This document shows positions 1 through 10,974 of a stretch of DNA of 64,000 nucleotides, piece after piece. The stretch is from a virus: IMG/VR virus record IMGVR_UViG_3300024257_000005, positions 41,678 to 105,677 of that record. One strand, 5' to 3'. The notes beneath the pieces were generated by a model, which saw nothing but the letters and a program-made list of their open reading frames with translations, had not been told where the DNA came from and did not search any database. Each line of letters begins with the position of its first letter. Position 1 is the stretch's first letter. Position numbers and translations under genes: made by a program.

Positions 1-84
1 AAACAGTTTGTATTTCTACACTTGCATGAGTTCGTATCATCGAGTGCAGATTCAAATATTAGTGGAAGCATCTAAGGAGACACA

Positions 85-1431
85 ATGACTGACGTAGCAA
101 AAAAGACTGAAACAAAAAAGAAAAAATTACTAGTTCTATCAGACGACATTCGTGTCCCATCAGGTGTGGGCACAATGACAAGACGAATCGTCTTAGACTT
201 AAAGAAAGACTTTGATATAATCCAGCTTGGTGGAGCAATAGATCATCCGAATCCTCAACCTGTATTAGTAGATGGAATAAAAGTAATCCCAGTAAAAGGG
301 TATGGCGATTCTCATATCGTTAGAAATTTAATCACAGTGGAACAACCAGACTATATGTTGATCTTTACAGATCCAAGGTACTGAATTTGGTTATGGCAGA
401 TCGAAGATGAAATCAGATCTATGGTTCCCTTAATGTATTATCATCTATGGGATGACTATCCTGCACCACAATATAATAGAGATTTTTATCTATCGAATGA
501 CTGGATGGGTTGTATCAGTAAAATTTCAAAAGCAATGGTAGAGGAAGTGGCACCAGAATTTAAAGAGAATCCATGGCGCATAGACTATATTCCTCATGGC
601 ACTCCTCACGATGAATTTAAACAGGTTGACAAATCGTCTGTTGAATATCAGAAGTTCATACGTGAATACTACAAGGGTGAATATGAAAAGTATGATTTTA
701 TAATTTTTTATAACAATCGTAATGTAAGAAGAAAAATGATGGGTGATGTTATGAATGCCTATGATGAATTCCTCAGTACACTACCACAGGAAAAGCAAGA
801 CAAATGTTTGCTATTAATGCACACTCATGTTTCCGACGACAATGGAACAAATCTTGCAGCACTGAAAAACGACTTATATCCAAACCACAATATTCTATTT
901 AGTGAAGCTAAAGTTCATACAAACATTTTGAATTTCATCTATAACTCAGTAGATGTCACGATCAATCTTGCCTCAAATGAAGGTTATGGAATGGCAACGG
1001 CTGAATCACTTATGGCCGGCACTCCAATCATTGCCACAATTACAGGTGGAATGCAAGATCAATTAGGCATTCCCTTTGAGAATGATTTTATGTCAGTTGA
1101 TGAATGGAAAGTATTGCAAGAGAATGGTGAGTCATTTTTGACCTCACATCATGCTGTTGGTATTATTCCAAAAACTAGAAGCCTCCAGGGATCACCTCCA
1201 ACTCCATATATCTATGATGATAGAATTAGTTGGATTGATGCTGCGCATGCTATTGAATATTGGTACAACAAGACACCAGAAGAGCGTGTTAAAGCAGGCG
1301 AATCAGGACGTCAATATTTAATCGAAAATGGTCACACAGTAACAGAAATGAACAAGCGTTTTAGGGCAGCAATTAAAGACATTGATGAAAATTGGGAACC
1401 CATTAAACGTGTAAATGTAATCGAGTGCTAA
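85..1431 (+). CDS. GT4-family glycosyltransferase (ORFs 85..384 and 421..1431 joined by TGA=Trp at 382)
   Basis: Same frame; readthrough gives FTDPRYWIWLW; C-terminal SNEGYGMATAESLMAGTPII motif. Confidence 0.85.
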
Positions 1432-1432
1432 T

Positions 1433-1948
1433 ATGGTTAAGGCAAAAACAATAAGAAGCAGAACGGATAAGGGTAGAAAAGCAAGAGCCAAGAAGATCAA
1501 GACGCTATTGGTCACGGTTCAGAAGTTTAAAGCGTTCAATGGATATCGCATGGTGTTTATGTACAATGCTAACTCGCAAGAGGGAACTGGAAAATATAGG
1601 GTTGAATTTAGATCTTCTCCTGCCGAACCTATCAATGTTGACAATTGGCTAAAATTTGCATCAGGCGATATACCTGTATTTGCAAATTGTTCATGTCCAG
1701 ATTTCAAATATAGATGAGAAACGGTTCTTCATAAGAAGGGCATGGCAAGAATAAAAACCAGTAATGGCGATATGCCGGATGTAACTAATCCGACATATAG
1801 AGCATCATATTGTAAACATATAATTGCATGTTTTGATCAAATGCAAGCATACATCAGAAGAAGAAACTTTGATGACATTGGTGAGAGATCCAGACTCAAC
1901 AAGCATCCAGATCTTGAAAAGAAAGTATTCGATAATGACGGAAAATAA
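1433..1948 (+). CDS. SWIM zinc-finger protein (TGA=Trp at 1715)
   Basis: Readthrough reunites CSCPDFKYRW with YCKH. Confidence 0.75.
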
Positions 1949-2417
1949 AGAAAAAGAACGCGAAGGTTTTCTTCCTCAAGAAGGCGAGATGGATCCAGAT
2001 GTTGTACGGTTCTTAAATGAATTTGCTATGACCTTGGACAATTCATTTAAAGAAAAAGATGAGCAGAATTTCGCCTACGCTGACTCAACTGATAAGAAGA
2101 ACTATCCTTTTGTGTATACGAAAAACTATGTGCTAACATACACAAATAAGCTCAAAGCATTCTCTGTATTTATTGTAATCACAGCTGATTCAAGAAGTGT
2201 GGCTGCCGATATTAAGAGATTGGAAAAATTCGCCCAAGCAAATGGAAGTTTTGAATTCAATATTGCTAAAGAATATGCTCTTGTTGATGTAAAAAATCAG
2301 CGTGTTCTATGGGGAGAAGCAGCTGAAAATAAGTACGGAGAGATAAGACTTCAAAGCATCATCAATGAATATAAATTAATAGATAGCATGAAAACCGGAC
2401 AATATGGCGATGCTTAA
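1935..2417 (+). CDS. hypothetical protein
   Basis: ORF overlapping previous stop. Confidence 0.6.
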   Translation: MTENKEKEREGFLPQEGEMDPDVVRFLNEFAMTLDNSFKEKDEQNFAYADSTDKKNYPFVYTKNYVLTYTNKLKAFSVFIVITADSRSVAADIKRLEKFAQANGSFEFNIAKEYALVDVKNQRVLWGEAAENKYGEIRLQSIINEYKLIDSMKTGQYGDA

Positions 2418-2428
2418 TTATTTTATTA

Positions 2429-2438
2429 TATATTTATA
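2429..2438 (+). promoter_or_regulatory. putative late promoter TATATTTATA
   Basis: Motif recurs in intergenic DNA upstream of about 10 genes. Confidence 0.55.
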
Positions 2439-2473
2439 TAAATAAGTAGATAAATAAATATCAGGAGAATAAA

Positions 2474-2695
2474 ATGGTAACAACAATAACACCAGCAAGA
2501 CAATTAGTAGATAATTTTAGAGCAGGACATGCAGATCACAAGCTGAGTATGAACGAGTTTGTCTCACGTGCATTGGTATTATATATGCTAGACAAGGATT
2601 TCAAAGTAATGATAGATGATAAGATCTTTGATTATGGTAGAACCCTGAATATGTATAAACAACAGGCTTCTAACGAAAACAATCTGAACCAGTAG
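2474..2695 (+). CDS. small putative DNA-binding (RHH-like) protein
   Basis: SD AGGAG; LSMNEFVSRALVLY helix pattern. Confidence 0.45.
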   Translation: MVTTITPARQLVDNFRAGHADHKLSMNEFVSRALVLYMLDKDFKVMIDDKIFDYGRTLNMYKQQASNENNLNQ

Positions 2696-2703
2696 GAGTA
2701 AAC

Positions 2704-4050
2704 ATGCAAAAACAAACAATGGTCGTCATGGCACCTTACACCACAGTGAGTGGGTACGGAGCACATAGTCGAGACATCATACAGGCATTAATTGAAGCTG
2801 ACAAGTACAATCTATATTTGGTTCCAATGAACTGGGGAAATACACCTCAGAATGCTTTGAAAGAAAGTAATCCTGTACATAAGAAAATGCTTGATCTGAC
2901 ATTGGATAAGCAATTCGAAGGCAAGCCAGACTTCTTTGTACACATCTCAATCCCACTAGAGTTTAGACCCTTTGGCAAAAGAAATATTGGCATCACAGCC
3001 GGTATGGAAACCGATCGTGTTGCTCAAGAGTGGATTGAAAAAGCAAATGCAATGGACGTAATGATAGTTCCATCAGAGCACTCAAAGATTGCTCATTCGG
3101 AAACCGTTATTCCAATCCAACCACGACCAGACATGCCACCAATCGGAGAATTCAGAAGTCAGAAGCCTATTGAAGTATTGTTTGAAGGTGTAGATCTAAG
3201 CATCTATAAAGATCTTGGATATAAATCTGATTTGCCCCATAGACAGGGATCGCCAGAGCTACAACCAATATTTGACATGCCTGAAGAATTTGCATTTCTA
3301 TATACAGGTCATTGGATGCAAGGCGGATTTAGAGAAGGTAGAAAAGATGCTGATGGATTGATCTACAATTTCATCAATACATTTAACTACAAAAAGGGAG
3401 AGGTTGCTCTCGTACTGAAAACAACCATGGGTAATTTTTCAAGGCTAGATAGAAGTGCACTTGAAAAAGAAATTTCTCGAATCAGAGACATGTTCCCCGA
3501 TAGAGATTCTCAGCCAAATATTTATCTTGTTCACGGTAGTCTAACAGATGCTGAAATGAATGAGCTATATAATATTCCAAAGATCAAAGCTATGGTTTCA
3601 TTAACACATGGTGAAGGCTATGGAAGACCTCTGGCAGAGTTTGCCGCTGCAACTGGAAAACCAGTTTTAGCTCCATTCTGGTCAGGTCAAGTTGACTTCT
3701 TGTTTGAAGGAACCAATGAACTATTGTTTGATTACGATTTAGCAAAAGTTCCACCTTCAGCCGTATGGGATAAAGTGATCGTTGAGGGCTCACAATGGGC
3801 AAATGTAAAAGATACCGATGTAGTTCAGAAGCTGACAAAATGTTTTTATAAATATGATGACATGCTTGTATATTCTAAGAAAGTACAGGATCATATTGTC
3901 AAATATAAAAATCTTGATCTCATGAAGACGCAGCTAATTTCTATCATCGATAGATATGCACCACCACTTGAGTCAAATGTTGTTCTACCAGAATTAACAA
4001 AGGGTGGCTCATTGGACTTAAGCAAACTAAAAGGATTTAAAAAGCAGTAG
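2704..4050 (+). CDS. GT4-family glycosyltransferase
   Basis: SGYGAHSR N-terminus; HGEGYGRPLAEF motif. Confidence 0.85.
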   Translation: MQKQTMVVMAPYTTVSGYGAHSRDIIQALIEADKYNLYLVPMNWGNTPQNALKESNPVHKKMLDLTLDKQFEGKPDFFVHISIPLEFRPFGKRNIGITAGMETDRVAQEWIEKANAMDVMIVPSEHSKIAHSETVIPIQPRPDMPPIGEFRSQKPIEVLFEGVDLSIYKDLGYKSDLPHRQGSPELQPIFDMPEEFAFLYTGHWMQGGFREGRKDADGLIYNFINTFNYKKGEVALVLKTTMGNFSRLDRSALEKEISRIRDMFPDRDSQPNIYLVHGSLTDAEMNELYNIPKIKAMVSLTHGEGYGRPLAEFAAATGKPVLAPFWSGQVDFLFEGTNELLFDYDLAKVPPSAVWDKVIVEGSQWANVKDTDVVQKLTKCFYKYDDMLVYSKKVQDHIVKYKNLDLMKTQLISIIDRYAPPLESNVVLPELTKGGSLDLSKLKGFKKQ

Positions 4051-4058
4051 GAGGCACT

Positions 4059-4562
4059 ATGCTACATACAATATCAATCAAAAAAGATAAATTAATCGAG
4101 ACCCTGACGGTAAATCGTGAAGTTCATATAGAAGAATACAAACAAGCTGTTCTGGATTATCACGTCATTGCAAAATATGCTATGGATCAGATGGCAAAAG
4201 CTGCTCAAAAAACGGCACTCGCATATAAGAAACGAGCAAAAACAATCGAGTCATCTGACGATATGGATGATTGGAATGTTGGTCAAATATACATCAATAC
4301 TCAAGCACTGACAAATCTTCAACTACCACAATCTCATGAGAGTGATTATGACGAAGCAATTGAGATGCTAGAGTTTCACACAATTACCGATGAAGACGAC
4401 AAAGATACAATCGCTCTTTCACAAGAGGATTTCAGAACATTCGTTAGAGATGACTGGGCATGGAAAGCACAGTTTTCTAACATGAGTACAATGTACTTTT
4501 CTGGTTCTTCAAACATAGGACTCGGAAATTCTAATCCATTAGAAAAGCTCCACGTAGGTTAA
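4059..4562 (+). CDS. hypothetical protein
   Basis: SD GGAGG, long ORF. Confidence 0.7.
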   Translation: MLHTISIKKDKLIETLTVNREVHIEEYKQAVLDYHVIAKYAMDQMAKAAQKTALAYKKRAKTIESSDDMDDWNVGQIYINTQALTNLQLPQSHESDYDEAIEMLEFHTITDEDDKDTIALSQEDFRTFVRDDWAWKAQFSNMSTMYFSGSSNIGLGNSNPLEKLHVG

Positions 4563-4566
4563 TATC

Positions 4567-4839
4567 ATGGAGATGACAATTGCACCAGAGTTTGAAAATA
4601 AGATAACTTGCTATGATGAGACTGAAATAATGTTCTCACTCAATGCAGATGGAGAATTGTTTATTGCTGAGAAATATAGAGCAGATCCATCTCCAGCTTC
4701 AAAACGATTTTGAGAATGTATGAAGGTAAACGGCAAAGAGTGGGCAGACTGTTTTGATGAAAATGAGGCTCTTACAGAAGAAGTGAGTAGCCTTAAGGGC
4801 ATCATTGAAGGAATGGAAGAAAAATATCTAGGAAAATAA
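4567..4839 (+). CDS. hypothetical protein (TGA=Trp at 4711)
   Basis: Fills the gap between neighbours exactly only with readthrough. Confidence 0.6.
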
Positions 4840-4840
4840 T

Positions 4841-5359
4841 ATGCAAGGACAAAACTATGAGACCGGCTGCCTTATGCTGGATTTCAAAATAACAAATTGG
4901 ACATCTATTATCAATAGAGTAATTAAGCCTGAGGATGTATATCATCACGAAGATTATGGAATTGAAATGCATCCTCATGCAACAATCATCTACGGATTAC
5001 CAGATATCCCATGGACAAAGTTGGCACTATATTGCTATCCCATGAAAATTGTGACGGTGATTATTAATCGTGTTGACATATTTGAGCCTGAAGGTGAGAA
5101 TTATGATGTAGTTATATTTCCAGTTGCAAGCAAGGCACTCAAAATGATCAACTACAAGATAGCTGAAAATTTTGGTATCGATCAAACCCATGAAAAATAT
5201 AGCCCTCACATTACACTTGCATATGTGAAAAAAGGTCGAGGTAAGAGCTATGTGAAAAAGCTTGCCAATGAAATTAAATTAAGTCCAAAGGAATACAGAT
5301 TAACAGGACCAGACGGTCTATTGAAGACTTGGACAATGCAAGATAAGAAGGAAAAGTAA
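4841..5359 (+). CDS. 2H phosphoesterase (Acb1/T4 57B-like or 2'-5' RNA ligase family)
   Basis: Two HxT motifs: PHATIIYG, PHITLAY. Confidence 0.75.
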   Translation: MQGQNYETGCLMLDFKITNWTSIINRVIKPEDVYHHEDYGIEMHPHATIIYGLPDIPWTKLALYCYPMKIVTVIINRVDIFEPEGENYDVVIFPVASKALKMINYKIAENFGIDQTHEKYSPHITLAYVKKGRGKSYVKKLANEIKLSPKEYRLTGPDGLLKTWTMQDKKEK

Positions 5360-6012
5360 TGGAAAACATAATGCAAGATATATTTCTATCATTCAATATG
5401 ATGGTACAGGACAACGAAGATATCATAACGCCAACACTTGAAAGCATCAAGCGATTTATGGATCATCACCCAGGCAAATGCGAATTAGTAATTGTTGACG
5501 GTGGTTCAACCGACAAGACGGTAGAAATATGCAACCGTTTTACAGATCGAGTGCATGAAAAGAAATTTGAAAAGGATTTTTCAGAGCAGAAGAATTTTCT
5601 CAATTCAAAATCAATGGGTAGATGGATATTCAATATAGACTCAGATGAGATATTGACTGAAGAATTAATCCATACACTATATGCAATGCTCATGCTCCCA
5701 CAAAATCAAGAAACTGATTTGATTTATATTCCTAGAGTAAATAGAGTAGTGGGTCTTACTGAAGGTCATATTGCTAAATGGGGATGGAGAGTTGACAAAG
5801 ACGGTGACATCAATTACCCAGATTATCAAGCAAGAATTTATAAGAACAAACCAGGGCTACATTGGGAAGGCAAGGTTCATGAGACCATAGTAGGTTTTGA
5901 ATCATATGGCAGCATTCCAATGGAAAAACACCATCGTCTATATTTGGTACACAATAAAAGTATTGAAAGACAAGTGAAACAAAATGAGTTATATGACACG
6001 ATTGTGAGGTAA
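5359..6012 (+). CDS. GT2-family glycosyltransferase
   Basis: IVDGGSTDKT, NIDSDE, KVHE motifs. Confidence 0.85.
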   Translation: MENIMQDIFLSFNMMVQDNEDIITPTLESIKRFMDHHPGKCELVIVDGGSTDKTVEICNRFTDRVHEKKFEKDFSEQKNFLNSKSMGRWIFNIDSDEILTEELIHTLYAMLMLPQNQETDLIYIPRVNRVVGLTEGHIAKWGWRVDKDGDINYPDYQARIYKNKPGLHWEGKVHETIVGFESYGSIPMEKHHRLYLVHNKSIERQVKQNELYDTIVR

Positions 6013-6014
6013 CA

Positions 6015-6989
6015 GTGAAAATTGCATTCCTTTCGGAAACGAAGTTAAATGGAAAATATCCGGAAAACTTTTCAAATTCAAGAACAGACGTTGCTTGGCA
6101 AACCGCTTTAGGAGCAACACATTATTGCATAACCGATCAAAAATTTCTTGGAAAAGAGATTGATATCGCAATAGTAATTCTACCAAAAAACTCAAATACT
6201 CTACAAAAAATCGACTCAACAATGTTCGACTATTTCCAACAGAGTGGAACCAAAGTCGGAGTAATGCAAGAGGGTCCAAACTGGTATTTTCAAGACTATT
6301 CAGCAGAAGATAATCTGCTATACTATAAATATTTATTACAGGCGGATTTTATTTTATGTCATAATGAGGTTGATCATGTATATTTTAAAGGGCTGGTCGG
6401 GCATAACAATGTTCATATTATGCCATCAACAATGAGAGATCCCGGTATCAAATCAATTATGCAGATCGAAAGAAAAGAAGAAGTTATGATTGGCGGAGGA
6501 TTTACAAGTTGGTACGGAGGATTTGATTCTTTCGTTGTAGCACAGAGAGCCGAGATAACTCCTGTAATGCCTTCAATGGGTAGGCGTCAGGAAAATGAAG
6601 AGCTTTGGGGGATAAATCATCTCCCTTATATGGACTGGACACAATGGATCATGGAGCTCAATCATTACAAATATGCAATACACCTGATGAGAACTTTTGC
6701 AGCTGGTACATTTGCTATGAATTGTGCAGCACTTGGAGTTCCATGTATTGGATATAAAGATCTTGATACTCAAAGAAATCTACATCCAGCACTGTCTATT
6801 GACATTGGAGATCTTGGTAAGGCTGCAAAGCTATTAAAACAGTTAAAAACTGACAAAGGTTTCTATGATGAATGTAGTAGATTAGCAAAGGTAAATTTTA
6901 TCAATTCAAACTATAATGAACCAAATTATAGAAATTATATGACTAGATTATTTTATGAGATATTGGAGGAAGAAGATGGAACAATATAG
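6015..6989 (+). CDS. putative GT-B glycosyltransferase
   Basis: AGTFAMNCAALGVPCIG motif; GT cluster context. Confidence 0.65.
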   Translation: MKIAFLSETKLNGKYPENFSNSRTDVAWQTALGATHYCITDQKFLGKEIDIAIVILPKNSNTLQKIDSTMFDYFQQSGTKVGVMQEGPNWYFQDYSAEDNLLYYKYLLQADFILCHNEVDHVYFKGLVGHNNVHIMPSTMRDPGIKSIMQIERKEEVMIGGGFTSWYGGFDSFVVAQRAEITPVMPSMGRRQENEELWGINHLPYMDWTQWIMELNHYKYAIHLMRTFAAGTFAMNCAALGVPCIGYKDLDTQRNLHPALSIDIGDLGKAAKLLKQLKTDKGFYDECSRLAKVNFINSNYNEPNYRNYMTRLFYEILEEEDGTI

Positions 6990-7209
6990 AGAAACAACAT
7001 TTAATTCATGAATCGAATATAAATTATTTATGGAATCAATATCTGTAGGAACTATTGAAAGCGAACAATTATACCATGGACCATTCCCAGATAAAAAAGG
7101 TGTCTATATTGTTCCAGCAACATGTAGTGCATATTTTGCTGAATTTGATGGTGAAAAATGGATTGACTCTAGTACAAATAGACCTATAGGATTTTATTAT
7201 AAAGGATAA
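6976..7209 (+). CDS. hypothetical protein (TGA=Trp at 7009)
   Basis: SD GGAGG; fills the gap only with readthrough. Confidence 0.55.
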
Positions 7210-7213
7210 CACA

Positions 7214-7669
7214 ATGGTAACAGGATCATTCTCAATTCCAAAAGAAGAAGACATTTGTTGGATCTGTAAACAAGTCGAATGTAAGCATTTGAAAACTACG
7301 CCTTCTTATATTAATGAATATTTCACGGCTTATGATCTCATTGATAAGTGGGAAAGCAAATATGCAGAAGATGTCCCATATGAACTTAAGGTTAGTATAG
7401 CAATGCATTTTGAGAATGAAGATCAAAAGAGACGTCTATATATTAAGCGTCTACTTGGCGCTATGGAATTCAAATTTTATCAGCAACCTTCGTTTGTTTA
7501 TGCACCCTATATTCCAATAACGCCGATGAAAAAATATAAGCCAGAGGATAGATTTGTTATTTGGGATCCATCATGGCAAGACTTCCCTAGATTCTTTGAT
7601 GTAGGAAGTGAAAAATTGAATAAAATGATTGTTAGAAGCATAACTAGAAAAAAAAGATGGAGTAAATAA
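7214..7669 (+). CDS. small protein with motifs resembling T4 gp23 major capsid protein termini
   Basis: LIDKW..IAMHFENE and FVYAPYIP motifs. Confidence 0.5.
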   Translation: MVTGSFSIPKEEDICWICKQVECKHLKTTPSYINEYFTAYDLIDKWESKYAEDVPYELKVSIAMHFENEDQKRRLYIKRLLGAMEFKFYQQPSFVYAPYIPITPMKKYKPEDRFVIWDPSWQDFPRFFDVGSEKLNKMIVRSITRKKRWSK

Positions 7670-7908
7670 TGGAATTAAAAGTAGTTCACTTCGATCCCAA
7701 ATCAGATACTGTGCTAGGAATCTATATTGACGATCAGTTGATCGAAGGTGGAGATGAATATCATAATAATATTACAGTCTGGCTCAAGGCATTTTTGAGA
7801 GGAATCTCTGTAACAGGGAAGAGCTATACAGTAAATAATTTATATACAAAGAAATTTCAAATGCCTGTAGACTATTTCTCAAGCATTGATTTCGAAAGCG
7901 AAGGATAG
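7669..7908 (+). CDS. hypothetical protein
   Basis: TAATG coupling. Confidence 0.6.
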   Translation: MELKVVHFDPKSDTVLGIYIDDQLIEGGDEYHNNITVWLKAFLRGISVTGKSYTVNNLYTKKFQMPVDYFSSIDFESEG

Positions 7909-7912
7909 TAAT

Positions 7913-8239
7913 ATGGAAAACTATACACGAGTAATGAAAGCGATTATTAAAGCGCAGATTGAAGACATGGAATTTGAAGAACGAGTGGACTGGTATGAGA
8001 TCATCATAAAGACATTTGAAATAGAAGGATGGTCTGAAGCGACCCATGTTCTTGGATGTGATGGAGCATATGACGAAGCAATGGTTCAAGTACACCCAGA
8101 AATATTTGAAGATACTATTGATTTGTCAGTATGTCCCTGTGGTTGCAATGGTGATCTACTTGAAATTGACATCACTTTAGCAGTTTATCGTCCAGCCGAA
8201 TGTATTACACTAAACTATACTATTGAATCACTTGTCTAA
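7913..8239 (+). CDS. hypothetical protein
   Basis: ORF in operon. Confidence 0.55.
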   Translation: MENYTRVMKAIIKAQIEDMEFEERVDWYEIIIKTFEIEGWSEATHVLGCDGAYDEAMVQVHPEIFEDTIDLSVCPCGCNGDLLEIDITLAVYRPAECITLNYTIESLV

Positions 8240-9080
8240 ACAAATTTTAGTCACCGGTGGTGCTGGCTTTATTGGCTCGCATCTTATCCATGCTCTTGTC
8301 AGGCCTTGGAATAGTGTTTGGTCGATCGACAACTATACAACAGGCAATATGAGAAATGAAGTCGAAGGCTGTGAATATTTAGAGAAAGATTTGATCTATG
8401 AGTCTACACTCCATGATCATAAATTTGATATTATCTATCATCTAGCTGCCAGACCGAGAATACAACCTTCACTATTAGACCCTGAATATACAATGACAAA
8501 CAATATCATGTCGACACTCAACGTATTAAAATATGCCAGAAAAACAGGATGTAAAGTTATATTTGCATCATCATCTTCGGTCGGTGGTAATAGATTTGCA
8601 AATCCATATACTCTATCAAAGTCAATGTGTGAAGATTTATGCAGAGAATACCATACGATATACGAGCTTGACATATCTATAGCAAGATTTTATAATGTAT
8701 ATGGGCCAAGAATGATTGGAGATTCTGAGTTTGGTACGGTTCTTGGAGTTTGGTTAGAGAGATACAAGAAGAGCAAGCCACTAAAGATAACAGGAGACGG
8801 AACTCAACGAAGAGATTTTACTCATGTTGACGACATTGTTGCAGGACTAATTGAGATGTCTGGAGACGTTCCATATTATAGACCTGTTGAGCTTGGCCGG
8901 GGTGAGAACTATTCATTAAATGAATTAGTAGATCTATTCCCTAATGCTAAAAAGGAATATGTAGATCGTCCTTCTGGAGAGATGGCACACACGCTATGTA
9001 AAGATAGAAATCCATTCTTAGATTGGAAACCTCAACGAAATGTAAAAGATTTCATATTAGAATCAATAAAGGAAAGCTAA
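8223..9080 (+). CDS. NAD-dependent epimerase/dehydratase (extended SDR)
   Basis: TGGAGFIGSH, YTLSK, RFYNVYGP. Confidence 0.92.
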   Translation: MNHLSKQILVTGGAGFIGSHLIHALVRPWNSVWSIDNYTTGNMRNEVEGCEYLEKDLIYESTLHDHKFDIIYHLAARPRIQPSLLDPEYTMTNNIMSTLNVLKYARKTGCKVIFASSSSVGGNRFANPYTLSKSMCEDLCREYHTIYELDISIARFYNVYGPRMIGDSEFGTVLGVWLERYKKSKPLKITGDGTQRRDFTHVDDIVAGLIEMSGDVPYYRPVELGRGENYSLNELVDLFPNAKKEYVDRPSGEMAHTLCKDRNPFLDWKPQRNVKDFILESIKES

Positions 9081-10321
9081 TGAAAAATGTAACGTTTATA
9101 ATTCCATCAAGGAATACACTAGAACATCTCAAATGGGCATACAGTTCTATTAGAGAAAATGCTAATGCTAATCATGAAATAATTCTTCTTGATGATGCAT
9201 CTGATGATGGCACAGATAAATGGATCAAAGAGGTAGCTGCGACTGATGAGAATGTAACTACACATTTCAACCCAGGTCCTGAGCGAATTGGAATCACAAA
9301 ACTATATGATCTTGCAGCAAAAATGGCAAAAAATGAAATCATATTTGTGGGTCATAGCGATATGATTTATGGACCTGCATTTCTAGAAAAAATGATGGAT
9401 CACTTGGAAGTAGGAAAAGTGGTTTGCGCAACAAGAATTGAACCACCATTACATCCACCAGGGCCAGAAAAAATGATTGTCAATTTTGGATTTGATGCTG
9501 ATCAGTTTGAATATCAGAAATTTAATAAATTTGTAGAAACTCAGCAAGCAAAACCTGAAAATCAAACTGTGTCAGGTGGAATGTTTGCCCCTTGGATGCT
9601 CTACAAGGCAGATTATTGGAAAATCGGTGGACATGATCATCTATTCTGTCCACAGTCAAGAGAAGATAGTGATCTATTTAATAGATTTGTACTACAGGGC
9701 TATGAGCTTATCCAAGCTAGAGATGCATTTGTATATCACATGACATGCAGAGGATCCAGATATAAAGATGGGATTGGTAAAGACTCTGAAGAGTGGAAAT
9801 TTACCAACTACAAAGCCGAGAGGAACTTCAATAGAAAATGGGGAACATCAATCCTTCATGATCAATATCTTGCTCCTGTAATTGGCAACAAATATGACAA
9901 GCATGTTGTTTTAGATTTTACGAATGACGAACTGGAATCTCAAGAGCTATATGAAGCATTATCAATAATCGAACCATGGGCAAGTAAAATCACAATCATT
10001 ACAGAAAACAAAGAATTGATTAATGAAACAAATGCATATATCGCCAACGAACAAAAGCTAACTACATACAACATGGAAGAACGCGTTTCTATCCAGCCTG
10101 AAATTACAAAAGACTGGGTTGCACAAGATGAACATGACATCATATTCATTACTACAATGAAAAATTTCAGAACAGATAACGGAGTTGTAATTGTAGCATT
10201 AAACAATGTATTAGAACAAGTAACAGAGCCCTCTTCATATTCAATTAGCAATTCATTACTGGTCGTTAAAAAATTAAAGAGAGACCACTTCAAAGAAAAT
10301 ATTGTAGCTGTAAACGATTAA
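9080..10321 (+). CDS. GT2-family glycosyltransferase
   Basis: FIIPSRN, DDASDDGT, HSDM, REDSD; TAATG start. Confidence 0.85.
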   Translation: MKNVTFIIPSRNTLEHLKWAYSSIRENANANHEIILLDDASDDGTDKWIKEVAATDENVTTHFNPGPERIGITKLYDLAAKMAKNEIIFVGHSDMIYGPAFLEKMMDHLEVGKVVCATRIEPPLHPPGPEKMIVNFGFDADQFEYQKFNKFVETQQAKPENQTVSGGMFAPWMLYKADYWKIGGHDHLFCPQSREDSDLFNRFVLQGYELIQARDAFVYHMTCRGSRYKDGIGKDSEEWKFTNYKAERNFNRKWGTSILHDQYLAPVIGNKYDKHVVLDFTNDELESQELYEALSIIEPWASKITIITENKELINETNAYIANEQKLTTYNMEERVSIQPEITKDWVAQDEHDIIFITTMKNFRTDNGVVIVALNNVLEQVTEPSSYSISNSLLVVKKLKRDHFKENIVAVND

Positions 10322-10426
10322 CTTTCTCTGCCAGCTTATATTTATTAATAAGCGGCAGAGGACACACACATACGTGCGGCTTGATTTGAAATAACAAAAA
10401 GATTTTCCCAAAAATATTATGTATAT

Positions 10427-10459
10427 AGTCCTCGATTACTTTGGGGACTTTTTTATTTT
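10427..10459 (+). terminator. hairpin plus U-tract
   Basis: AGTCCTCGA..TTGGGGACT followed by T-run. Confidence 0.5.
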
Positions 10460-10471
10460 AGGAGAAGTATC

Positions 10472-10966
10472 GTGGCATCAAGACATACAATCGACCAACA
10501 ATTCATATCACAAGAGGTAGGCGGCCGCACAATAACACCAAGAATTATGGGCGGAGCAATTACTCCAGCAAATTCTGAATCGGTGATGATCCCAATTAAA
10601 GTTAATAGTCAGGGCGAACAGGTCATGGGCTTTGCCGATGATCCTTTATTAGTTACAGCTCCAGCATATAGTACTGCATTGACAAGTGGAAGTGTAGTAA
10701 AATCGAGCCCAGGATTTCTAAGTTCACTTACTGGATATAATTCAGGTGCCGCTCAATTTGTTCAAATTCACAATCTCTCAACCGCTCCACTGAATGGTGC
10801 AATTCCAATTAGTGTGATAGCAGTGGCAGCAACATCAAACTTCTCAATAACATTTGGCTCAACTGGACTACCACTTACCGATGGTATTGGTGTATTCAAT
10901 TCAAGTACTGCAGCAACATTAACAAGTGGTTCAAACGATATACTATTTACAGCAATATATAACTAG
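10472..10966 (+). CDS. putative virion accessory protein
   Basis: S/T/G-rich; N-terminus shared with next gene; late motif at 10337. Confidence 0.6.
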   Translation: MASRHTIDQQFISQEVGGRTITPRIMGGAITPANSESVMIPIKVNSQGEQVMGFADDPLLVTAPAYSTALTSGSVVKSSPGFLSSLTGYNSGAAQFVQIHNLSTAPLNGAIPISVIAVAATSNFSITFGSTGLPLTDGIGVFNSSTAATLTSGSNDILFTAIYN

Positions 10967-10974
10967 GATAAATC

